Assembly (NCBI GenBank): GCA_963771775.1
Contig: CAVYUS010000014.1
Location: 63,457 to 127,456 of the forward strand
Reading direction: 5' to 3'
Source of the DNA: an uncultured Actinomycetota bacterium
GTDB taxonomy: Bacteria; Actinomycetota; Actinomycetes; Mycobacteriales; Pseudonocardiaceae
Length of the DNA: 64,000 nucleotides
Shown here one piece after another: positions 1 through 10,088 of this stretch; the stretch's first letter is position 1, and each line of letters begins with the position of its first letter. The translations under genes were made by a program, and so were the position numbers. The notes below the pieces were generated by a model, which was not told where the DNA came from, searched no databases, and was given only the letters and a program-made list of their open reading frames with translations.

Positions 1-971
1 CGACGACCATGCGGATGATCAACCGGTTGATCGAGCCGACCTCGGGCACGATCACGATCGGCGGCGAGGACGCGCTGCGGATCGACCCGGACGACCTGCG
101 GCGCCGCGTCGGCTACGCGATCCAGCAGGCCGGGTTGTTCCCCCACTTCACGGTGGCGCAGAACATCGGTGTGGTGCCGGGACTGCTGGGCTGGGACCGC
201 AAGAAGGTCGAGGCTCGCGTCGAGGAGATGATGGACCTCGTCGGGCTCGACCCCGGTGAGTTCGCGACCAGGTTCCCGCGGCAGCTCTCCGGCGGCCAGC
301 AGCAACGGGTCGGGGTCGCGCGGGCGCTCGCCGCCGATCCGCCGGTGCTGCTGATGGACGAGCCGTTCGGGGCGGTCGACCCGATCACGCGCGGGCACCT
401 GCAGGACGAGTTGCTGCGGCTGCAGAACGAACTGCGCAAGACGATCGTGTTCGTCACGCACGACTTCGACGAGGCCGTGAAGCTGGGCGACCGGATCGCC
501 GTGCTCGGCGACCGCTCGACGATCCTGCAGTACGACACGCCGGACGCGATCCTGGCCAACCCGGCCGATGACACCGTGGCCGGGTTCGTCGGCGCCGGTG
601 CGTCGCTGAAGGCGTTGACGTTGCTGAGGGTGCGCGACGTCGAGATGGGCGGTGCGGTGACCGCACGGGCCGACGCGGATCCGTCCACTGTGGAGCTCGG
701 TGACGAGAGTTTCGTGCTGGTGCTGGACGCACGCGACCGGCCATTGCGCTGGGTGCACGCCAAGGAGCTGGCGCACGCGAAGTCGCTGAGCGGTGCCGGC
801 CGTCCGGTGCAGGACTCGGTGACGTTGCAGTCGACCCTCAGAGACGCACTGGAGGCGATGGTCAACGAGGGCGGGCGCGCGGTCGTGACCGGCAACCGTG
901 GCGAGTATGTCGGCACGCTCGACCTCACGACGGTGACCGAGGTTGTGCAACGACTGCGAGCGTCCGCATGA
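1..971 (+). CDS. Osmoprotectant (glycine betaine/proline) ABC transporter ATP-binding subunit, 5'-truncated by window edge
   Basis: TTMRMINRLIEPTSG just after Walker A, LSGGQQQRV signature, LLMDEPFGAVD Walker B, C-terminal CBS-like region. Confidence 0.9.
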   Translation, partial: TTMRMINRLIEPTSGTITIGGEDALRIDPDDLRRRVGYAIQQAGLFPHFTVAQNIGVVPGLLGWDRKKVEARVEEMMDLVGLDPGEFATRFPRQLSGGQQQRVGVARALAADPPVLLMDEPFGAVDPITRGHLQDELLRLQNELRKTIVFVTHDFDEAVKLGDRIAVLGDRSTILQYDTPDAILANPADDTVAGFVGAGASLKALTLLRVRDVEMGGAVTARADADPSTVELGDESFVLVLDARDRPLRWVHAKELAHAKSLSGAGRPVQDSVTLQSTLRDALEAMVNEGGRAVVTGNRGEYVGTLDLTTVTEVVQRLRASA

Positions 972-1702
972 CGGCCGACCGCGTCCGGTTCTGGGCGCAA
1001 CCGGTCGTAGTGCTGCTGATCGTCGGCGGTGTGCTGGCGTGGGTGTTCCTCGGCGAGCTGACCGCGACCGAGAAGGGCACGCTGAACGCGAGCTCGCTGT
1101 TGCAGGCACTGGGCGACCACCTGCTGATGACGATCGTGGTGACCGCGATCGTCGTCCTGGTCGCCGTTCCCGCGGGCATCGTCGCGACCCGGCCGTGGGC
1201 CCGCTGGCTCGCCCCGGTGTTCCTGGCGGTCGCGAACGTCGGCCAGGCCGCGCCCGCGCTCGGTGTGCTGGTGCTGTGGTTCCTGCTCACCGGCGCCGAG
1301 GGCGGTCTGTGGGTGGCCGCGCTGCCGCTCGCGTTCTACTCACTTCTTCCGGTGCTGCGCAACACGATCGTCGGCCTGCAGCAGGTCGATCCGTCCCTTG
1401 TGGACGCCGGGCGCGGCATCGGCATGTCGGCCGCGGGCGTGCTGTGGCGGGTCGAGTTCCCGTTGGCGACCCCGTTGATCCTGGCCGGCCTGCGCACCTC
1501 CCTGGTGCTCGCGGTGGGCACCGCGACGTTCGGGCTGTTCGTCAACGCGGGCGGGTTCGGGCTGCTCATCGACACCGGCTACAAGCTGAACCTGATGAAG
1601 GTGCTGGTGACCGGCTCCGCGCTGGCGGCGGGCCTCGCGCTGCTGGTCGACTGGGTCGGCGCGGTCATCGAGCAGTGGTTCGGCCCCAAGGGATTGCGAT
1701 GA
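968..1702 (+). CDS. Osmoprotectant ABC transporter permease
   Basis: Hydrophobic; EAA-like loop DAGRGIGMS; ATGA overlap with upstream gene. Confidence 0.9.
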   Translation: MTADRVRFWAQPVVVLLIVGGVLAWVFLGELTATEKGTLNASSLLQALGDHLLMTIVVTAIVVLVAVPAGIVATRPWARWLAPVFLAVANVGQAAPALGVLVLWFLLTGAEGGLWVAALPLAFYSLLPVLRNTIVGLQQVDPSLVDAGRGIGMSAAGVLWRVEFPLATPLILAGLRTSLVLAVGTATFGLFVNAGGFGLLIDTGYKLNLMKVLVTGSALAAGLALLVDWVGAVIEQWFGPKGLR

Positions 1703-2664
1703 AACGGATCCTGCTCGTCCTGCTGCTGCTCGGCGGCTGGGGTCTCGGCGGTTGCGGTCTCGACGTCAACACCGCGTTGCCCTATCGGGTGCTGCCGGGG
1801 TCGATCAAGGCCGAGCAGACGTTGCGCGGCGTCGAGATCACCGTGGGCTCCAAGGACTTCACCGAGAACATCCTGCTCGGCTACCTGGCCGAGATGGCGC
1901 TGTCCGCGGCGGGCGCGGACGTCGTCGACCTGACCGACCTGAAGGGCTCGCAGACCGCGAGGCAGGCCCTGCTCACCGGCGAGGTCGACGTCACCTGGGA
2001 GTACACCGGCACCGGCTGGATCAACTACCAGGGCAACGAACTGCCCGTCCCCGGCGGCGAACAGGCACAGTACGACGCCACGAAGAAGGCCGATCTCGAA
2101 CGGTTCGGCGTCGAGTGGCTCGCCTATTCGCCGCTCAACGACCAGTACGCGTTCGCGGTCACCGAGGCCTACGGCGCGCAGCACAACCTGCGCACGACCT
2201 CGGACCTGGCGGCATTCCTGGGGCAGCGTCCGGATCAGGCGGTGTTCTGCCTGGAGACGGAGTTCACCAGCCGCCAGGACGGTTTCCCGGCCGCGGTGCG
2301 CACCTACGGTCTCCCGACGACCGAGGTGAAGAACTTCGGCATCGGCACGATCTATTCAGCCGTCGCGGGCGGTACCTGTCCGGTCGGCGAGGTGTTCACC
2401 ACGGATGGCCGCATCGCCGCACAGAAACTGCGGGTGCTGGAGGACGACCGGAAAGCGTTCCCGCAGTACAACGTCGCGCCGACGGTGCGCGCGGAGTTCC
2501 TGGCCCGGTATCCGCAGGTGCGCGGGCCTCTCGAAACGGTGAGTCGCGCGCTGACCAACGAGCAGATGATCGAGTTGTGCCGTCAGGTCGACGTGGAGGG
2601 GCGGGACGCGGGCGTGGTGGCCCGTGACTGGATGGTGAGCAGGGGATTCATCCGGACGGACTGA
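1699..2664 (+). CDS. Glycine betaine-type ABC substrate-binding lipoprotein
   Basis: MKRILLVLLLL signal peptide with LGGC lipobox; VGSKDFTE, WEYTGT, FTTDGRI and FPQYN motifs. Confidence 0.9.
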   Translation: MKRILLVLLLLGGWGLGGCGLDVNTALPYRVLPGSIKAEQTLRGVEITVGSKDFTENILLGYLAEMALSAAGADVVDLTDLKGSQTARQALLTGEVDVTWEYTGTGWINYQGNELPVPGGEQAQYDATKKADLERFGVEWLAYSPLNDQYAFAVTEAYGAQHNLRTTSDLAAFLGQRPDQAVFCLETEFTSRQDGFPAAVRTYGLPTTEVKNFGIGTIYSAVAGGTCPVGEVFTTDGRIAAQKLRVLEDDRKAFPQYNVAPTVRAEFLARYPQVRGPLETVSRALTNEQMIELCRQVDVEGRDAGVVARDWMVSRGFIRTD

Positions 2665-2684
2665 TGTTCGCCGCGCGACTGTCC

Positions 2685-2978
2685 TCAGGAGTCGGCTGAC
2701 TGCTTGCGATCGGTGTGGCCCAGCGACCGTTCCGGCGCCACCCGGTCGCGCACCAGCTGCTTGAGCACGGCGAGGTCCGGGAAGCCGTCCTGTTCCTTGC
2801 GCGACCACACGGTCTCGCCGTCGAGCCGCACGTCGAACACGCCGCCGGTGCCGGGAATCAGCGCGACCTCGCCCAGCTCGGTCGTGAACGTCGTCAGCAG
2901 CTCCTGGGCGGTCCACCCGGCCCGCAGCAGCCAGCGGCACTGGGTGCAGTACTCGATCTCCAGGCGCGGTGTTCTCAT
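2685..2978 (-). CDS. SelT/SelW/SelH (Rdx family) thioredoxin-like protein
   Basis: IEYCTQCRWLLRA...GTGGVFDV...GFP...RSLGH; Cys form, no in-frame TGA. Confidence 0.9.
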   Translation of the reverse strand: MRTPRLEIEYCTQCRWLLRAGWTAQELLTTFTTELGEVALIPGTGGVFDVRLDGETVWSRKEQDGFPDLAVLKQLVRDRVAPERSLGHTDRKQSADS

Positions 2979-3847
2979 GCCTGAGTATTGACCGACGCAC
3001 CCGCGCGGGTCGCATCGGTACCCCAGCTGGCCAGCAGCTGCAGCGCCTCCGCGGACGGGGTGCCCGGTTCGGCGGAGTAGGTGGTCAGGAAGAGATCGGC
3101 GTCGCTGGGCATCCTGAGCGCCTCCCACGCCAGCGACATCTCGCCGACGAGGGGGTGCCTCAGCTGCTTCACGCCGTGGGTCTTCTCTTTGACGTCGTGC
3201 CGGGCCCAGAGCTGCCGGAACGGTTCGCTCTTCACCGAGAGCTCGCCGATCAGCGCGGTCAGCTCCGGGTCGTTCGGATAGCAGCCCGCGTCCATCCGCA
3301 GGAACGCGACGACGTCGGCGGCCTTGCTGTCCCAGTCGACGAACAGCTCCCGGTACGCCGGGTTCAGGAACACGAGCCGCGCCCAGTTGCGTTCCTTGGG
3401 TGGCAGCTCGCCCCAGTCGCCGAACAGCGCCGCGGCCAGCGAGTTCCACGCGAGAACGTCCGCGCGCCGGCCACCGATGTAGGCGGGCACGCCGACGGTG
3501 TCGAGCAGGTGCCGCAGCGCCGGCCGCACGTGTTGCGCCCTGGTGGTCTTCTTCTTGCTCCGGTCGCACTGCGTCAGGTTCCGCAGGTGGGCACATTCGG
3601 AGTCGTCGAGCCGCAACGCGCGGGCGATCGAGTCGATCACCTCGGCCGAGACGTTGCGGCCGTTGCCCTGCTCGAGCCGCGTGTAGTACGCGACCGAGAC
3701 GCCCGCGAGCTGCGCCAGCTCCTCACGGCGCAGTCCCGGCACCCGGCGGGCCCTGCCGTACTGCGGCAGGCCCACATCGTCCGGGGTCAGCCGCGCCCGG
3801 CGGCTGCGCAGGAACTCGCTCAGCTCGGTGCGCGGATCGACTGTCAT
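2975..3847 (-). CDS. MmyB-like XRE-family transcriptional regulator
   Basis: ELSEFLRSRRARL...PGLRREELAQLAGVSVAYYTRLEQG plus MmyB ligand-binding domain (LWARHDV, HPLVG). Confidence 0.9.
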   Translation of the reverse strand: MTVDPRTELSEFLRSRRARLTPDDVGLPQYGRARRVPGLRREELAQLAGVSVAYYTRLEQGNGRNVSAEVIDSIARALRLDDSECAHLRNLTQCDRSKKKTTRAQHVRPALRHLLDTVGVPAYIGGRRADVLAWNSLAAALFGDWGELPPKERNWARLVFLNPAYRELFVDWDSKAADVVAFLRMDAGCYPNDPELTALIGELSVKSEPFRQLWARHDVKEKTHGVKQLRHPLVGEMSLAWEALRMPSDADLFLTTYSAEPGTPSAEALQLLASWGTDATRAGASVNTQA

Positions 3848-3877
3848 GTCCCCGAGTATCCCCGGCCGGTCGGCATC

Positions 3878-3904
3878 GTGCCTGCTACTGCCAGTGGTAG
3901 GCAC
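3878..3904. promoter_or_regulatory. Imperfect inverted repeat, probable operator of the MmyB-like regulator
   Basis: GTGCCTGCTACTG-C-CAGTGGTAGGCAC (11/13 paired) between the divergent regulator and dehydrogenase. Confidence 0.45.
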
Positions 3905-3993
3905 ACCAGTCGTATGTTGAGCAGGTGTCTGGGTAACTCCGCGCAACCTCGGCAGAGTCGACAAGTGATCCGACCAAACGAGGAGAATCCCTG

Positions 3994-5034
3994 ATGAGCA
4001 CCGTCGCTGCCTACGCCGCTCCGGCCCCCAAGGCACCGCTGGAGCGAACCACGATCGAGCGTCGCGCGGTCGGTGCGCACGACGTCCTGATCGACATCAA
4101 GTACGCGGGCATCTGCCACTCCGACATCCACCAGGTCAACGAGGGCTGGGGCCAGGGAATCTTCCCGATGGTGCCGGGCCACGAGATCGCCGGTGTGGTC
4201 GTCGAGGTCGGCTCCGAGGTGACTCGTTACGCCGTCGGCGACCGGGTCGGTGTCGGCTGCATGGTCGACTCGTGCCGCGAGTGCGAGTTCTGCCTGCGCG
4301 GACTGGAGCAGTACTGCGCCAACGGCAGCACCATGACCTACAACGGTGTCGACCGCCGCGGCGACGTCACCTACGGCGGCTACTCGCGGCAGATCGTGGT
4401 CGACGAGAACTACGCCGTGCGGATCCCGGACGGCCTCCCGCTCGACGTCGCCGCGCCGTTGCTGTGCGCGGGCATCACGCTCTACTCGCCGCTCAAGCAC
4501 TGGGGCGTCGGACCGGGCAAGAAGGTCGCCATCGTCGGCCTCGGCGGGCTCGGCCACATGGGCGTCAAGATCGCGGCGGCGCTCGGCGCCGAGGTGACGG
4601 TGCTGTCGCAGTCGTTGCGCAAGAAGGACGACGGGCTCAAGCTCGGCGCCAACGACTACCGCGCCACCAGTGACCCGGCCACCTTCGCCGAGCTGGCGGG
4701 CAAGTTCGACGTCATCGTCTCCACGGTGTCCGCACCGCTCGACTTCGGCGCCTACCTCGGGCTGCTCAAGACCGACGGCGCGCTGGTGAACGTCGGTGCG
4801 CCGGAGGAGCCGGTCTCGATCAACCTGTTCGGGCTGCTCGGCGGACGCAAGACGCTCGCCGGCTCGATGATCGGCGGTATCGCGGAAACCCAGGAGATGC
4901 TGGACTTCTGCGCCGAGCACGGCCTCGGCGCCGAGATCGAGGTGATCAGCGCCGAGGACGTCAACGTCGCGTACGAGCGGGTGCTGTCGAGTGACGTGCG
5001 GTACCGGTTCGTGATCGACACCGCCACGATCTGA
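3994..5034 (+). CDS. NADP-dependent Zn alcohol dehydrogenase (AdhC/cinnamyl-alcohol dehydrogenase type)
   Basis: GICHSD, GHE, CxxCxxC structural Zn site, GLGGLG, YRFVID; GAGGAG RBS. Confidence 0.92.
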   Translation: MSTVAAYAAPAPKAPLERTTIERRAVGAHDVLIDIKYAGICHSDIHQVNEGWGQGIFPMVPGHEIAGVVVEVGSEVTRYAVGDRVGVGCMVDSCRECEFCLRGLEQYCANGSTMTYNGVDRRGDVTYGGYSRQIVVDENYAVRIPDGLPLDVAAPLLCAGITLYSPLKHWGVGPGKKVAIVGLGGLGHMGVKIAAALGAEVTVLSQSLRKKDDGLKLGANDYRATSDPATFAELAGKFDVIVSTVSAPLDFGAYLGLLKTDGALVNVGAPEEPVSINLFGLLGGRKTLAGSMIGGIAETQEMLDFCAEHGLGAEIEVISAEDVNVAYERVLSSDVRYRFVIDTATI

Positions 5035-5045
5035 TCCATTGTGGA

Positions 5046-5214
5046 CTAGGGCCTGTATCGAGGTCCGTGTTCGCGATAGCCGGGCCTGAGGCGGCCCCTG
5101 GGGGCACGGGCGAGAGGCCCACATACAACAGCGGTATGCGGGCCTGTCGCCCGCACCGCCAGGAACCACCTCAGGCGCGACTCTCATCGAACGGGACCTC
5201 GATACAGGCCCTAG
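5046..5214. mobile_element. ~170 bp fold-back repeat element (MITE-like), copy 1
   Basis: Perfect 21 bp terminal inverted repeat CTAGGGCCTGTATCGAGGTCC; nested internal stems; near-identical core at 35209-35379. Confidence 0.75.
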
Positions 5215-5732
5215 CGCGAGAAGGTCCACCGCGTGGCACCGTAAGGCTGCTCGGTGGCCACCGCGTGCGCGCTGCGCAACGTGAGCCGGTAGAGGTACCA
5301 GGGTGCGGGGCCGGCGCTCGGCGCCGTGTAGGGCGCGGTGAACGCCTCGCCCTCCACCTCGGCCGGCCAGCCGATCTCGCGGTACCTCGCCGCCACTCGG
5401 TCCAAAGTGGACGAATCGGTGACGCGCCGGGCGTCGCCCTCCAGCACGAGGTCGAGCCCGTGCAGCCGGACCGACACCGTGCACGCCGGGTTCGCCGCGA
5501 GGTTGCGGGACTTGCGGGTGCGCGGTCCGCTCACGAAGTACAGGGTGTCGTCGAACCAGATGGCGCCGATGCCCACCGAGTGCGGCCGGCCGTCCTGGCT
5601 CACGGTGTTCAGAAAGAACGGCAGGTCGACGGTGGGCGTGTCGTTGGTGAGATGCTCCTGCGCACGGGTCCACGGCAGGGCCGCGGACCCGTACTGGTCG
5701 AGGTTGCGGGTTTCGATCGTCGAGTTCGTCAT
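5211..5732 (-). CDS. Pyridoxamine 5'-phosphate oxidase-like (PPOX/FDOR split-barrel) protein
   Basis: TVSQDGRPH, RKSRNLAANP, DLVLEGDA; its TAG stop lies in the element's terminal CTAG. Confidence 0.8.
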   Translation of the reverse strand: MTNSTIETRNLDQYGSAALPWTRAQEHLTNDTPTVDLPFFLNTVSQDGRPHSVGIGAIWFDDTLYFVSGPRTRKSRNLAANPACTVSVRLHGLDLVLEGDARRVTDSSTLDRVAARYREIGWPAEVEGEAFTAPYTAPSAGPAPWYLYRLTLRSAHAVATEQPYGATRWTFSR

Positions 5733-5778
5733 GTCACTGCGTCGAACGAGGAGCCGCGTTTTCGACAGCCTCGCTGTT

Positions 5779-7119
5779 TCAGCCCACTGAGCGGCACGGC
5801 AGCACGAAGAACCAGTCCTTCGGCTGATGTTCCAGTCGCGTCTCCGGCGCGCCCGCGGCACACTCCGCGCGGGCCCGGGCCAGGCTCTCGTCCCACGCGA
5901 TGCCGGTCAGCACCGTCGAAGGCTCCCGCAGGTGCGCGAAAATGCTCACGACCACGGCCATCCCGATCAGGTAGCGGCTGCCCGCCACCACCGCGCGTTC
6001 CCACGTCCTGGCCGGAGTCGCGTCGAGTCCGACGAAGATCGCGGTGAACAGGAACAAGCAGGGCGCGATGCTGTAGCGCTGCCCGGCCAGCACGACCTCG
6101 GGCTGCTGCACCTGCAGGATCGCGGCCCAGTTCAGCACCAGGCACGCCACGATGACGATCACGCTGTACGCGGCGGCGGCGAGCACCAGCGTCCGTCCGG
6201 CCCGGTCGCCGAACCGCAGGGCTGCCACCATCGGCACCGCGGCCACCAGCAGTGCCGCGAGGATCACCAGGTTGCCGTTTGCCGGGTAGAACTCGTTCAC
6301 CCGCTCGGAACCGAGGAACGCCACCACCGGCACCCGCAGCAGGCTCGCCAGCAACACCTGCACCGGGTCGGCCGCGTCGTTCGAGTACGGCGTGCGGGAA
6401 GCGAACAGCATCGCCACGGCCTGGATCACCAGACCGGCAAGGAACGCGATCGGCACTTCCTTGCGTGCCTGGAAAAGCCGCACAAGTGCGATGGGCGCCA
6501 GGATGAAGGTGAGCGGGCTGGAGATTGCGGCTATCAGCACGAACAACGCGACCGGCCACCGTGGGGCGTTGCGCCACAACAACGCCCAGAAGACGCCGTA
6601 GAGCAGGAACCAGTGCAGGTTCGACATGTTGTTCAACGTCTCGGAGTTGCCCGCGGGCAACACGATCACCAGCGATGCCAGGAAGAACCGCAGCGGCGTC
6701 GAGCGCAGGTACGCCCCGGAGGCCGCGAAGGTGATCAACGCGACCAGTGCGCGCAGCATGGCCGCGGCGATCGCGAAACTCGCCGCCGTCCACTCCAGCG
6801 GCAGCAACGCGATCAGTTCGGCGACCAGCCTCGGCAGCGTGTGCAGGTAGCCGCCGTAGGGCTCGATCAGGTTCGTGAGCGTCGGCGTCCGCACCGCGTC
6901 GACCATGAACTTGGCGCCGTCCTCGGCCCACAGGTGGTCGAGGCGGGCCCAGCCGGCCGGGATGAGCAGCAGGAATGCGACCGAGGCGACGAACGCGAAC
7001 ACGTTGCCCAGCCAGGCCCGTTCGTGCGGGGGCTCGGGCGGCAGCGGGATCACGCTGTCCGCGAGTGCCTGCGCTCGCTCGGTCGTTCGCCCCGTCGTCC
7101 GCTCGGTCGTCGCCGTCAC
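5779..7119 (-). CDS. Polytopic membrane protein, GT-C/GtrII-like glycosyltransferase candidate
   Basis: About 10 TM segments; LWAEDG acidic motif after TM1, PYGGYLH, QRY motif. Confidence 0.55.
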   Translation of the reverse strand: MTATTERTTGRTTERAQALADSVIPLPPEPPHERAWLGNVFAFVASVAFLLLIPAGWARLDHLWAEDGAKFMVDAVRTPTLTNLIEPYGGYLHTLPRLVAELIALLPLEWTAASFAIAAAMLRALVALITFAASGAYLRSTPLRFFLASLVIVLPAGNSETLNNMSNLHWFLLYGVFWALLWRNAPRWPVALFVLIAAISSPLTFILAPIALVRLFQARKEVPIAFLAGLVIQAVAMLFASRTPYSNDAADPVQVLLASLLRVPVVAFLGSERVNEFYPANGNLVILAALLVAAVPMVAALRFGDRAGRTLVLAAAAYSVIVIVACLVLNWAAILQVQQPEVVLAGQRYSIAPCLFLFTAIFVGLDATPARTWERAVVAGSRYLIGMAVVVSIFAHLREPSTVLTGIAWDESLARARAECAAGAPETRLEHQPKDWFFVLPCRSVG

Positions 7120-7161
7120 CAGTCCGTCCCCCCAAATCTCGAACCGGGGAAACGGTACGGG

Positions 7162-8652
7162 TCAGCTCACGAGGCGTTCGTACCGGTCCCACTGCTCCTG
7201 GGTCACGACGGTGACCTCCGAGGAGTTGAGCGTGGCGACTTCGAGAGAGTTGACCACCAGCAGTTTGTTGTTCACGAGCAGGCCCACCGCGCCGTTCGGG
7301 CCGAGCACCGCGGGAACGCCCGCCGGAACGCGGACCGCGACCTGGTACGAGTCGACGATCTGCGGACGCCAGACCAGCACGCCGTGGGCGAACCGAGCCG
7401 CGACCGAGCCGCGCTCGAACCGGACCACCTCACCGCCGACGACCACGTCGGCCGTGCGTTCGGGGGAGGGCACCGAGAAACCGTCGAGCACCTTCGCCTC
7501 GTCTGCCGTCGCACAGCCGTTGAGGCCGAGCGCGTCGATGCCGAAGTGGGTGATGTTCGTGGGTGCGCCGGCCCCGCCGTTGACCGTGGAACGCAGCACA
7601 TCGAGCGCCACCTTGTCGCACGGGCCGGCGGAGTGGATCGGCGCGTGGCCCTCGGGCGTGCGCACCAGGCCAGGGCCCTCGCGCCACTCGCCGGGGATGA
7701 CCACCGGGTCGAACGGGTGGCGGGTGAACTCCCTGTTCCAGAAGGTGACGGTGGTGCCACCGTCGGTCGAGTGGGCGATCGCGAAGGTGGACGCCGCCTC
7801 GATCCACATCCAGTCCGCGCTGAACGCCTCGACCACGGACCGGGTGCGCGCCTGGTTGGTCGCCGACACCGGCTTGAAGCCCTGCGGGCCCAGCGACTCG
7901 ACGCCCTTGGTGAACATCGGGTCCTTCGAGCGCAGTACGTACTGGCCGGCGCCGTTCGTGGCCCCCGCGAAGCCCGTCGTGTCGGTGAAGAGCAGGTAGA
8001 CCCAGCCGTCTAGGTAGACGGCGGACTGCTGGCCCGCGCCGTAGGTGTTCTCGCGGATGATGTCGTTCGACGTCCCGAGGATCGCCTGGCCGCCGTTGCC
8101 GCGCGTCCAGTTCAGGCCGTCCTTGCTGGTAGCGACGCCGACCGAGCTGCCGTTGGCGTGGTTGTCACGCGACGCCCCGGTGTAATACATGTAATACGTG
8201 TCGCCGATCTTGATCAGCGACGGGTCGCACGTGTGCATCGCGTCGAAGTTCGCGTTGCTGCCGGAGAACACTGGGTGCGCCGAGGTGAACGGCCCGTCCG
8301 CGCTCGGACCCTCGCTGTAGAGGATGTCGTCGCCGTTCGGCTGCGCGATGCCCATCTGGCTGCACCACCACGCCCGGACCTTGCCGCCGTCGACCATCAC
8401 GGCGGGCGCGTAGTTGTAGACCGCGTCGCCGCCGCCGAGGATGACCGTGCCGGGGCTCTTCCGGCCGTTCTCGACCGTCAGCTTGAGCTTGTCCCTGGGC
8501 GGTGGAGGTGGCGGTTTGCTCGCTGACGTGGGCTGGTGCTGGCCCGCCGGCAGACCGACCGGATCGCCGACCGCCTCGCTGGTGCACGCCGTGACCGCTC
8601 CTATCAGCGCAAGCGCAGGGAGTAGCGCGAGAGGTCGACGACTCTGGGGCAC
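7162..8652 (-). CDS. Secreted lipoprotein with five-bladed beta-propeller glycoside hydrolase-like domain
   Basis: VTAC lipobox, Pro-rich linker, CDPSLIKIGDTYYMYYTG, ATSKDGLNW, YGAGQ. Confidence 0.65.
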   Translation of the reverse strand: MPQSRRPLALLPALALIGAVTACTSEAVGDPVGLPAGQHQPTSASKPPPPPPRDKLKLTVENGRKSPGTVILGGGDAVYNYAPAVMVDGGKVRAWWCSQMGIAQPNGDDILYSEGPSADGPFTSAHPVFSGSNANFDAMHTCDPSLIKIGDTYYMYYTGASRDNHANGSSVGVATSKDGLNWTRGNGGQAILGTSNDIIRENTYGAGQQSAVYLDGWVYLLFTDTTGFAGATNGAGQYVLRSKDPMFTKGVESLGPQGFKPVSATNQARTRSVVEAFSADWMWIEAASTFAIAHSTDGGTTVTFWNREFTRHPFDPVVIPGEWREGPGLVRTPEGHAPIHSAGPCDKVALDVLRSTVNGGAGAPTNITHFGIDALGLNGCATADEAKVLDGFSVPSPERTADVVVGGEVVRFERGSVAARFAHGVLVWRPQIVDSYQVAVRVPAGVPAVLGPNGAVGLLVNNKLLVVNSLEVATLNSSEVTVVTQEQWDRYERLVS

Positions 8653-8932
8653 TCACCCATCATAGTGATCAACTCCTCCGGATGGGTGAAGACGTTGTCG
8701 CAGGTCTGATTCATGCGTGCTCAATTTGTCTTTCGATTAGCCGATCGAGTGGCGGTGAACAGTGCGACGCCGCTGCCCAGGAGCACAATTCCGCGATCAA
8801 CGGCACCATTGGAGACGCGCCGCTATTAGCGAGTCGTCCGGGGCGAAACGTCAACGGCAGAACGAGGACCTGCAGGCCAGGCCGCGCCTGTGACGGTGAG
8901 CACACCCGCGTCACTGGTGGTCATCGCTGCGG

Positions 8933-9991
8933 TCACGTGTACAGCGCCCTGGCGAGGCCGTCGATCACCGCGGCGGTCCGCGGTCCGAAGCTCAGCACCT
9001 GGTAGTCGTTCATGTCGACGATCCGGCGCCGCTGCCCGGCCGGCGTCTGCGCGACACCGGGCACGCTGACCATGCCCTCGACCCCGCCGATGGACTGAAG
9101 ACCCTTCGACATCACCAGAATCACGTCCGGCGCGGCTCTGGACAGCGCCTCCGGGCTGATCGGGTCCGCGCCGGTGAGCCCGACCTCGGATGCCACGTCC
9201 ACCCCGCCGACCGCGGCGATCAGCTCATCCGCGCCGGTGTCCAGGCCGAACATCTGGTGGACCCCGGACTGTCCCCTGACGTAGAGGAACACGATCCGCA
9301 GGTCCGAGTCGTCCGCGAGCTTCTGGGCCGCGATCTTGGTCTTCTCGATCTCCAGGTTGGTGCGCCCGGCGAGCCTGCGGCCCTCGTCCTGGACCCCGAG
9401 AGCGTCGGCGACCTGCTGGATCAACGTGCCGACGTTGTTGATGGCCCGCCTTGAATCCGTGACCACCACGGGGATTCCGGAATCCCTGAGCCGCAGCACG
9501 GCGTCCCACGGCCCGAGCGTGGTGTCGGTGATCACGACGGTCGGGCGCAGCCCGAGGATCGCCTCGGTGTTGAGCTGGTGGCCGTTCGACGTGATGAGCG
9601 GAAGTCTTGCGGCGGCCGGGAACCCGGTCGAGGTGTCGCGGCCGACCATCCGGTCGCCCAGCCCCAGCCCGAACACCGTGGCGCCGAGCGTGCCGTGCTG
9701 GTCGAACGCGAGGATCCGGTCGGCACTGCTGACCGTGACCTTGGTGTCCTGCGCGTCCGTGACCGTCGTGGGCAACCTCGGCGAGACCTTGTCGCTGATC
9801 GGCACGATGTCCGGCTCAGCCACCGTCGCCGTCGACGGACCGGTCTTCTGCCGCGGATCTTTCGTTGGCGCGAGCTGCTCCAACGGTGCCCTGCCCGAAT
9901 CACCCGCCGGTACCTGCGGCGCGTTGTTGTGGGCCGGTCCGGTGCACCCCGCGACCAGCACGACCGTGAGCACGGACACCCACATTCTCAC
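8933..9991 (-). CDS. Heme/hemin ABC transporter substrate-binding lipoprotein (HmuT-like)
   Basis: VAGC lipobox; VGRDTST, GHQLNTE, LSFGPRT motifs. Confidence 0.8.
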   Translation of the reverse strand: MRMWVSVLTVVLVAGCTGPAHNNAPQVPAGDSGRAPLEQLAPTKDPRQKTGPSTATVAEPDIVPISDKVSPRLPTTVTDAQDTKVTVSSADRILAFDQHGTLGATVFGLGLGDRMVGRDTSTGFPAAARLPLITSNGHQLNTEAILGLRPTVVITDTTLGPWDAVLRLRDSGIPVVVTDSRRAINNVGTLIQQVADALGVQDEGRRLAGRTNLEIEKTKIAAQKLADDSDLRIVFLYVRGQSGVHQMFGLDTGADELIAAVGGVDVASEVGLTGADPISPEALSRAAPDVILVMSKGLQSIGGVEGMVSVPGVAQTPAGQRRRIVDMNDYQVLSFGPRTAAVIDGLARALYT

Positions 9992-10088
9992 GCCCTGAAC
10001 CTATCTGAGCCTTGCCCGGCGCGGCGCTCGTGCAGCGATTCTTTTGCCTTGCACCACAACGGTGTCGTGGAACGTCCTGCGAGCCTGG

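Noticed and set aside
943-2664. 573 aa substrate-binding protein as given in the ORF track
   Set aside because: The real start is the ATG at 1699 with a signal peptide; the upstream part overlaps the permease out of frame
2685-2978. Selenoprotein
   Set aside because: The motif is CTQC with ordinary Cys codons and there is no in-frame TGA
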